In this document: piece after piece, positions 57,383 through 64,000 of the stretch
Layout: every line of letters starts with the position of its first letter
Numbering within the stretch: the stretch's first letter is position 1
Assembly (NCBI GenBank): GCA_028279765.1
Contig: JANQND010000002.1
Location: 28,784-92,783 of the forward strand
DNA: 64,000 nt
Source of the DNA: Candidatus Nanoarchaeia archaeon
GTDB lineage: Archaea > Nanobdellota > Nanobdellia > Woesearchaeales > WJIZ01
Reading direction: 5' to 3'
Translations under genes and position numbers: made by a program
Notes under the pieces: model-generated
The model's database searches: none
The model's input: the letters and a program-made list of their open reading frames with translations, nothing else
What the model was told of the DNA's origin: nothing

Positions 57383-57455
57383 GTGCATCAATGCAAGGAT
57401 GAAGTGAACACCATCGCTGACAATAGCGGAAGGAAGTAACTGCTGAGCATTGCAC
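57383..57455 (+). ncRNA. Box C/D sRNA candidate
   Basis: Terminal stem GTGCA-tc-AATGC / GCATTGCAC; box C AGGATGA 57396-57402, D' CTGA 57417-57420, D CTGA 57443-57446; 3-nt K-turn bulge; TTTATAA box upstream. Confidence 0.65.
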
Positions 57456-57519
57456 AAATTCTTTAAGCAAAAGATATAAGAGAACAAGAAAGAAGAGAGA
57501 ACAGCAGAGAAGCTTTCTA

Positions 57520-58155
57520 TCATTTAATTTGATCTAAGGAATCAACAACCAAATCTGCCTGTTCAAGTTTTCTGCGTATAGAATTACCATTCTTAACCGC
57601 AATAACATACATGCCTGCAGCTTTTGCTGCCTTGATTCCGGCATCAGAATCCTCAAAAACAAGACAGCAAACCGGATCAATCCCCAATTTATCTGCCGTA
57701 AGCAAAAACGGCTCAGGGTGAGGCTTATGCTTTTCTACATCATCACAGCTAACAATATGGTCAAACAAATCTACAATAGAAAGATTGGACAAAATAGTTT
57801 GAATCTGCTGCCTAGTGCTTCCTGAACAGATCACCAAAGGAAGATGTGAAAATCGTTTGAATATATTCTCTGCTCCTGGCAAAAGTTCATTAACCTCGGA
57901 AACAATACGATCATATTCAGCATTATGGTGCTTGAGAAGTTCTGCAGCGCTAACAGTAAGTCCATATTTCTCTATAATCATTTTATATGATGTTAAATCA
58001 TGAACACCATAAAACAAAGTAAGGTCTTCAGGCGTAACATCGATACCACAATATGTTTTCATAACGTCTGAAAAAACCTTTATGGCGTATTTCTCTGTAT
58101 CAACGAGTGTACCATCTAAGTCAAAGATAACTGCCTGTATGTTCTTAGGTATCAT
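57520..58155 (-). CDS. HAD-family phosphatase (beta-PGM/CbbY-like)
   Basis: FDLDGTLVDT, KPHPEPF and FEDS..GI.AA..AGM motifs. Confidence 0.92.
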   Translation of the reverse strand: MIPKNIQAVIFDLDGTLVDTEKYAIKVFSDVMKTYCGIDVTPEDLTLFYGVHDLTSYKMIIEKYGLTVSAAELLKHHNAEYDRIVSEVNELLPGAENIFKRFSHLPLVICSGSTRQQIQTILSNLSIVDLFDHIVSCDDVEKHKPHPEPFLLTADKLGIDPVCCLVFEDSDAGIKAAKAAGMYVIAVKNGNSIRRKLEQADLVVDSLDQIK

Positions 58156-59543
58156 TCTTCTGGATTATACTCTCCTTGTGGTTTTTCTGGCCCGTAAGGA
58201 AAACGTAATGGAATAAATCGAGCAAACTTATGAGGAAGAGCTTCAATATAGTGCTCATCTCCCGGATGAATAGTAATCCAGTCACCAGACTTTACGTTAA
58301 ATCGTCGACCGTTAAGCTCAAAGATAGCATCAGAGTGAAATTCAAAAAGTTCATCTTGGTCTAGGTGAGTATGGGTTGGAAGAAACTTACCGGGAGGAAT
58401 AATTACACGGTGAACTCCCATGAGCAGTCTTGACTTCTTGCATGATATTTCCTTTCGATGGACCATATATCCTGCTTCTCTCTTTCCAAGATAAGTTTCC
58501 GCATCCGTGTTTTCAATTCTAAGCTCATAGAGCCACGAGACAGAATCAAACGTGTCGATAATTCTATCCATCTCATCAGGCTTGCACATAGATACCTTGA
58601 CAAAACCAGAAAGTTTTTCCCAGTAATCTCTCAAATTTCGAACCAAGATATTCTGATCAGCAAAATATTCAGTAAGAGTGCTAATGTGCTCCTTTGGGAC
58701 TCTAACAATACAAGCCATATGATCAGTATTCATTACTTGGTATCCTGAAAGTTTGTTAATGCGTTCAGTAAATCTTTCTTTTTCAACTCTAATTTGTCTT
58801 ACGTTTTCTTTATAATGTTCTTTGCTCTCAAGTGCAGCAATGGCAATCTTTTGTGCCATATTATTAAAACCAAGATATTTTTCAAAAAAATTCATCTTGC
58901 TTAGAACATTTGCACCACAAAGAGCGTATGAGATACGAAGGCCGGCAAGACCATAAAATTTTGATAACCCTCGCGCGATTAGCAAGTTTGGATACGTTCT
59001 TGCAAGCATTCCGACATCAAGTTCATAATCACGAAATCCTTCATGTGCTTGGTCTAAAATGACAAGCGTTTGTGATGGCGCCTTACGTAAAATAAGCTCA
59101 ATTGTTTTTTGAGGTGTTGAAAAACCAAGAGGGGATTCAGGGTCAATTAAAACTAAAACTTTAGGTTTCTTCTTAAGCTTAGCAAGAAGGTCTTTTATAT
59201 CGTAGCAAAATGAGTTTCCTTCTCTTTTAAATGTGAACGTATCAACAGTTAATTCTCGTTTTTTCGATATTTTTTGATAATAAGGATAACCCAGCTCGGG
59301 AATCAAAACTCGATCATTCTTATTTAGAGCAGATTCAAAGACGCGATGAATAATTCCAATAATACCTTGCTCCAAAAAGATTTGAGATTTTGATACACCA
59401 TACAGCTCAGACAACTTCTCAAGGAGTTTAGGATCTCTGTCATACCTATTCATAAGCCCCAGATCTAGCTCACGTACTGTTTCAACCACCTTGGGTGAAG
59501 GTGCAAAATTTAACTCGTCACTTCCTGCATGTATCTTTTTCAT
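58152..59543 (-). CDS. HisC/CobD-like PLP-dependent enzyme fused to a C-terminal cupin domain
   Basis: DQAH and RGLSKFYGLAGLRI (PLP Lys) motifs; C-terminal HTHLDQDE...PGDEH cupin metal motif. Confidence 0.8.
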   Translation of the reverse strand: MKKIHAGSDELNFAPSPKVVETVRELDLGLMNRYDRDPKLLEKLSELYGVSKSQIFLEQGIIGIIHRVFESALNKNDRVLIPELGYPYYQKISKKRELTVDTFTFKREGNSFCYDIKDLLAKLKKKPKVLVLIDPESPLGFSTPQKTIELILRKAPSQTLVILDQAHEGFRDYELDVGMLARTYPNLLIARGLSKFYGLAGLRISYALCGANVLSKMNFFEKYLGFNNMAQKIAIAALESKEHYKENVRQIRVEKERFTERINKLSGYQVMNTDHMACIVRVPKEHISTLTEYFADQNILVRNLRDYWEKLSGFVKVSMCKPDEMDRIIDTFDSVSWLYELRIENTDAETYLGKREAGYMVHRKEISCKKSRLLMGVHRVIIPPGKFLPTHTHLDQDELFEFHSDAIFELNGRRFNVKSGDWITIHPGDEHYIEALPHKFARFIPLRFPYGPEKPQGEYNPEE

Positions 59544-59591
59544 TACTATTAGGTAGTGTCATTTAGTATATTAAAATGAGGTACAATGAAA

Positions 59592-59690
59592 ATTAAACTT
59601 GTAGTTCAATTTAACAAATTATTAAACTAAAAGTTAAGCTATATTAAACTAAAGGTTTAGAAAAAAGTTAAGTAGAACTTTCAGTTTAAT
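59592..59690. promoter_or_regulatory. Four imperfect palindromes, consensus ATTAAACT-N3-AGTTTAAT (putative operator array)
   Basis: Copies at 59592-59610, 59621-59639, 59643-59661 and 59672-59690 between divergent genes. Confidence 0.65.
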
Positions 59691-59739
59691 TCATAGATGC
59701 GAAAAGTTTAATAGTAGGAGAAATTATACTAAAAGTTCA

Positions 59740-60606
59740 ATGGCAATAGATGTTACCGTACCTCATTTAGGAAGCAAAAAAATGACGGCTAGGGATCTCG
59801 TTATCAGCACCCTAATGTACGAGCACCCGTTAAATCTTGCCAAAATTACGAATAGTATAAAGAAAAAGCATTCTGCTCCTGTTACATTTCAAGGTGTCAG
59901 GAAAGCCGTTACTCAACTAGTAGATCAAGGGGTACTCGAAAAAAACGACAAACAGTATGCAATTTCAAAAGACTGGATTATGTCCCTGAGAAACGTCGTA
60001 GAGCAACTTCAAAACTCCTATTTCTCAGAAAGCTCAGGTGTCACAAATGTTGAATCATTAGGTGACGATATAAAGATCTACACTTTTGACAATCTCATTG
60101 ATCTAGACAAGTTCTGGAATGTAGTTGTGGGAAAATGGTTTGAAGATGACTCCGCTGACAAAAGTAAGAAAAATTATTTGCAGTTGTCAGGACATGTGTG
60201 GTATGTGCTAGGTCAACTGCAAGAAGAAACAGCAATAGTTGAAAAAATGCGTGCGCACAATATTGATTTCTACATTGTTGCTCCACAAGACACGTTCCTT
60301 GACAACTGGTGTAAAATCTACTATGAAAAACTAGGCTGCAAATTCGCTATAGCAAAAGAAAAAGAAAATCCAGCAAGATATTTCTCCATTTACAAAGACT
60401 TAATCATTCAAACAACGTATCCTGATGACCTCGTAGCAGATATAGAAAAGATCTATCAGCAAACAAAAAGCTTCGAAACATTTGACAATGCAGCATTAAT
60501 CAAGATCCTACGAGGAAAAACTGAAGTGAAAGTAACGGTCATGAGAAACCCACTAGTTACTGAGCAGCTTGGCAAATTTATTCTCTCGCATTTTACTCAA
60601 TCTTAG
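59740..60606 (+). CDS. Winged-helix transcriptional regulator with uncharacterised C-terminal domain
   Basis: VTFQGVRKAVTQLVDQGVLEK..Y winged-helix pattern. Confidence 0.7.
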   Translation: MAIDVTVPHLGSKKMTARDLVISTLMYEHPLNLAKITNSIKKKHSAPVTFQGVRKAVTQLVDQGVLEKNDKQYAISKDWIMSLRNVVEQLQNSYFSESSGVTNVESLGDDIKIYTFDNLIDLDKFWNVVVGKWFEDDSADKSKKNYLQLSGHVWYVLGQLQEETAIVEKMRAHNIDFYIVAPQDTFLDNWCKIYYEKLGCKFAIAKEKENPARYFSIYKDLIIQTTYPDDLVADIEKIYQQTKSFETFDNAALIKILRGKTEVKVTVMRNPLVTEQLGKFILSHFTQS

Positions 60607-61429
60607 CATCAACACAGACCCGATATTTTCCCGGTCCAAATTGTCCACAAGGAAACAAACCGATAATATTTACTTTTCGCTCATTTCTTTTGCAGGCAGT
60701 AATAACTTTTTCCTTGCTCTGCTCAAAATCCGTCTCATCCATAAAATCATAGAAATGCAGTATTCCGCCTCTTTTCTGTTTAGACAGAGCAATATCTAAA
60801 AAATCCTCAGCCGATTTAGGAAGCGGCATCAGGATTCGATCAAACTTTTTTCTAATGGTAGGCAGCAGCGATGCGGCATCTCCATTAAATAACTCAACAT
60901 TCTGTACCTTATTCAAAGAAAGATTTTCTAATGCATAGTGATGTGCCTTCGGATTAATTTCAATACCATAGATTTTCTTTGCTGAAGTATTCTTAGCCAA
61001 ATTGATAGGATATACTCCGCACCCGGAAAACATCACTAATACTTCTTCTCCTTTTTTCACTAATGCATTGATGCGCTCTCGCTCATGCCCTAAGCGGGCA
61101 GAGAAGTACACATCCTGCACATGTAGTTTTACCCGGATACCATTCTCTTTGTGAATAGTCTCCTTTCTTCGCTCTCCTGCCATAATGCGAAGAGTAGGCG
61201 TACGATATTTCCCTCCATACATCGCAGTTTTCTTGCACACCACCTTTACATTCTTAAAAGAAGAAAGAATGAGTTCACCAATCTTTTTCTCTTTCTTTTC
61301 AAGCAAGTCAGGAAAATCAGAAAAGATCAGAATATCTCCCACTACGTCAAAGGATGTCGGCATAACTTCTAACTCTTTCTTGGTAAGCTCTTTTTTAAGG
61401 AGATCTTTGAGCTTGGATGGTTTTGGCAT
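60593..61429 (-). CDS. trm5: Trm5/Tyw2 (Met-10+) family tRNA-37 SAM-dependent transferase
   Basis: SFDVVGDI, ETIHKENG, YFSARLGHER, MFSGCGVY and DRILMPLP motifs. Confidence 0.85.
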   Translation of the reverse strand: MPKPSKLKDLLKKELTKKELEVMPTSFDVVGDILIFSDFPDLLEKKEKKIGELILSSFKNVKVVCKKTAMYGGKYRTPTLRIMAGERRKETIHKENGIRVKLHVQDVYFSARLGHERERINALVKKGEEVLVMFSGCGVYPINLAKNTSAKKIYGIEINPKAHHYALENLSLNKVQNVELFNGDAASLLPTIRKKFDRILMPLPKSAEDFLDIALSKQKRGGILHFYDFMDETDFEQSKEKVITACKRNERKVNIIGLFPCGQFGPGKYRVCVDAKIE

Positions 61430-61459
61430 AAGGGGAGAATAAAAAAATTCTATATAAAC

Positions 61460-62602
61460 TTATTCATAGAATGAAAACTCTCCTCCCTCAATTCTCATTA
61501 GGTTAAGGGGCTTGTCAACATCTCCATTCTTATCAATAGCAGTGATACCCCCTACTCCTTGATATCCCTTTACTTGATACAAATATTCTTTGATAGAATC
61601 AGCATCATGTCCATTTGATTGAATCGCAAGAGAAATAAGATAGACAGCATCATAGGCATTTGCACTTGCCCACAAAATTGCAGGTTTCGAGCCATAAGCC
61701 GAAACATGCTTTCCGACAAAAGAGCTAATAAGAGGATACGATTCATCAAGACCAGGGCTAACAAAATAGGAACCATCAATTGCATTTCCAGCTGTCTCAA
61801 CAACTTCTTCAGTTCCGAAATTATCGCTTCCAATGATTGGTTTGGCAAGACCCAATTCTTTAGCCTGTCTGGCAATTATTCCTCCTTCTCTTCCATATGA
61901 TATGACAATCAAAGCATCAGGGTTCATAGCCTTAATCTTAGTGAGAATTCCTTTAAAGTCTGTAGTATCTGGATTATACGCTTCTTGAAGTAATACCTCT
62001 CCTCCTTTTCTTGAAAAGCTCCTAGTAAACGCGGTTGATAAAGTATTCCCATAATCATTATTGACGTAAATTACTGCGGCAAAATTAAGGTCGAGTTTGT
62101 CTTGTATTACCTCACCTAAGTATTCTCCTTGATAGCCGTTAGATACAGAATTTCGGAAAACGTAATCTCCTGCTTCTGAAATTGCAGTTGCAGTAGCAAC
62201 AGGTGAAAAAAGAATAACTTTGTCTTGCTGGGAAAGAGGTGCAACAGCAAGGACTGTTCCTGAGCATAGGGGTCCAATAATTGCTTCGACGTTCTTGGTT
62301 GTGACTAGTTTATTGTAGGCAAGGATAGTGTTAGCTTCATCACATTGGTCATCTTCATAATGAATTACGAGTTTCTCTCCATTTATGCCTCCTTTTGCAT
62401 TAATTTCAGCAGCAGCAAGTTCTACTCCCACTCTCATAGACTCTCCCCAGTTAGATAATTCTCCTGAAAGAGGTGCAATAAAACCCAACGCGATAGGCTC
62501 TTCCCTAATAACTTGGCCCGTAGTAGCAGGGTATAAATACACAAAAGAAAAAGCGATTACGAGCAGTACAGCAATAGATAAAAATGCAATTTGTTTCTTC
62601 AT
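61460..62602 (-). CDS. LivJ-type ABC substrate-binding protein, membrane anchored
   Basis: GFIAPLSG, INAKGGING, IIGPLCS, DYVFR and AYDAV motifs. Confidence 0.88.
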   Translation of the reverse strand: MKKQIAFLSIAVLLVIAFSFVYLYPATTGQVIREEPIALGFIAPLSGELSNWGESMRVGVELAAAEINAKGGINGEKLVIHYEDDQCDEANTILAYNKLVTTKNVEAIIGPLCSGTVLAVAPLSQQDKVILFSPVATATAISEAGDYVFRNSVSNGYQGEYLGEVIQDKLDLNFAAVIYVNNDYGNTLSTAFTRSFSRKGGEVLLQEAYNPDTTDFKGILTKIKAMNPDALIVISYGREGGIIARQAKELGLAKPIIGSDNFGTEEVVETAGNAIDGSYFVSPGLDESYPLISSFVGKHVSAYGSKPAILWASANAYDAVYLISLAIQSNGHDADSIKEYLYQVKGYQGVGGITAIDKNGDVDKPLNLMRIEGGEFSFYE

Positions 62603-62714
62603 AATGATCCTCCAACTAAAAGGAAAGAATCAAAATAAGATATATCAAAATTATTCAAAAAAAATTTTATAAAAAGAAATATTTATATGTATATATTGAG
62701 TTTTATCAAATACT

Positions 62715-63698
62715 ATGAATAAAAAGGATCAAGAGCTTCTCTATGAATTAGATCAAGATTGCAGGAGGTCTCTGCATCAGCTATCCAAAAAAGTTCATCT
62801 CTCAGAGCAAGTTATTAATTATAGGATCAAGAAATTTCATGAGAAAAAGATCGTTTCTAACTATTTCACGGTAATTGATATTGCTAAAATAGGATACACG
62901 AGCTATCGTGTTATGATTCAATTGTCAAATTCTACTACCAAAACAACGGAGCAGTTTGTTGAACATCTAAAGAAGCATCCTAATATCCTCTGGGTAGCAT
63001 CTTGTGGTGGGAGATACGACTTCGTCATAAACATGATGGCTAAGAATATTAGGCATTTCAACACTCTCTTCAATACCCTTCGTTCACAATTTTCAAGACA
63101 AATCCAAAATTATACTGTCCTTACAACTATTGAGGTTTTGCATCTTGGAAGAGAGTATCTCAAAGGAAAAGTGTCCAAAACAAAAAGAAGAGTGCAAGCA
63201 TTTGGACAGGAGAGTGAGATAATTTCATTAGATAAAATTGATTATTCTATCTTGAATGAAATTTCAGAGCAAGCAAGAAAACAGCTGATAGAAATAAGCC
63301 AGAAATTAAAGGTAAGCGCCAATACGGTGACAAACCGGATCCGTTCAATGAGAAAGAAAGGGATTATTCAGGGCTTCAAACCCCTTCTCCATCTAGAAAA
63401 TATTGGAATCAACGTCAATAAAATACTCATCAAATTGCATAATGTGACCTTGGAAAAAGAAAAGAACATGTATGAATATGCCATCAATCAGCCAAATGTT
63501 ACATTTATTGTGAGAGTAGTAGGTCAGTGGGACCTAGAGTTAGAGGTTGAAACAAAAACAAGAAAGGAGTTTCAGGCAATACTTATGAATATAAGAGATC
63601 AGTTTTCAGACATTGTCAAAGAAATCGAAACCATTCCTATCTATCAGGATTATCGGTATAACTACTTCCCTAAGGACTTTCTAAAAAAATTCCCCTAA
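62715..63698 (+). CDS. Tandem (duplicated) Lrp/AsnC-family transcriptional regulator
   Basis: Two HTH-RAM units (KKDQELLYELDQDCR...GRYD and KIDYSILNEISEQAR...GQWD). Confidence 0.88.
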   Translation: MNKKDQELLYELDQDCRRSLHQLSKKVHLSEQVINYRIKKFHEKKIVSNYFTVIDIAKIGYTSYRVMIQLSNSTTKTTEQFVEHLKKHPNILWVASCGGRYDFVINMMAKNIRHFNTLFNTLRSQFSRQIQNYTVLTTIEVLHLGREYLKGKVSKTKRRVQAFGQESEIISLDKIDYSILNEISEQARKQLIEISQKLKVSANTVTNRIRSMRKKGIIQGFKPLLHLENIGINVNKILIKLHNVTLEKEKNMYEYAINQPNVTFIVRVVGQWDLELEVETKTRKEFQAILMNIRDQFSDIVKEIETIPIYQDYRYNYFPKDFLKKFP

Positions 63699-64000
63699 CC
63701 CTTTCTGTGTCTGCTTCTCTTTCTCTTCAGATAGTTTATCTAAGGCAGAGTTAATCCGTTGTTCAGAAAACTCATGCTTTTCAACCATAATCTCATAGAC
63801 TTTGTCACGATTAACCGGTTTCCATTCCAGTTCGTAATCATCCGTAACCGGCATCTTCTTGAACAAGTAGAACACTTCAGTCCAGGGAACAGAAAAGAAA
63901 TCTGACCATTTGACTTCAGCGAATAGTCCTTCAAAATCATCCTTATATTTCGCAAGGAGCTTCAAAGCATTCTTGGGTCCTATCCCCTTGATCCCTCCAT
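63681..64000 (-). CDS. fen1: Flap endonuclease 1, 3' part (cut by the window edge)
   Basis: GGIKGIGPKNALKL H3TH motif, HEFSEQRI and C-terminal PIP box QKGLGEFF. Confidence 0.9.
   Translation of the reverse strand, partial: GGIKGIGPKNALKLLAKYKDDFEGLFAEVKWSDFFSVPWTEVFYLFKKMPVTDDYELEWKPVNRDKVYEIMVEKHEFSEQRINSALDKLSEEKEKQTQKGLGEFF

Noticed and set aside
57380-57420. Minus-strand AGCGATGGTGTTCACT...TGATGCAC resembles a fluoride (crcB) riboswitch
   Set aside because: P1 has a mismatch, the 3' consensus is incomplete and no gene lies downstream in that orientation; the + strand C/D reading fits better
59592-59690. Repeated ATTAAACT units as a mini-CRISPR array
   Set aside because: Repeats are short and degenerate, spacing is only 22-29 bp with no unique spacers, and no cas genes are present; better explained as operators

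Overview
This is a 64 kb chromosomal segment of a DPANN archaeon, most likely a Woesearchaeota member. The placement rests on a fused PriS-PriL primase, archaeal ribosomal proteins with long K/E/P/A-rich tails, PAN, RFC, FEN1, TrmBL2 and TATA-type promoters. In order along the window: (1) a UDP-glucose to UDP-glucuronate to UDP-xylose operon facing a ribbon-helix-helix/nucleotidyltransferase fusion gene across tandem repeats; (2) a stand-alone 5S rRNA; (3) the fused primase; (4) the S10/spc ribosomal superoperon from L3 to secY and DUF106, lacking adk and cmk, with an AT-rich island (ClpP-class protease, RHH protein, three small 2-TM proteins) before L34e-L14e; (5) a PadR/DUF5320 divergent pair with three palindromic operators; (6) pheT/pheS; (7) a complete bacterial-type shikimate operon with prephenate dehydrogenase, next to a branched DNA palindrome; (8) TrmBL2, a GT2-like gene, pelota and a 127-nt rod-shaped inverted-repeat element; (9) a cluster of uncharacterised surface proteins (one class-III-signal protein, one polytopic anchor, three paralogous Cys-patterned lipoproteins); (10) rfcS, a PRC-barrel protein, tyrS, three peptidases and PAN; (11) a box C/D sRNA candidate; (12) a PLP-aminotransferase-cupin/HAD operon facing a winged-helix regulator across four palindromes; (13) Trm5, an orphan LivJ-type binding protein with an Lrp regulator, and the 3' end of fen1. 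I saw no CRISPR array, tRNA or transposase. All calls come from reading the sequence by eye; no database search or folding program was run.
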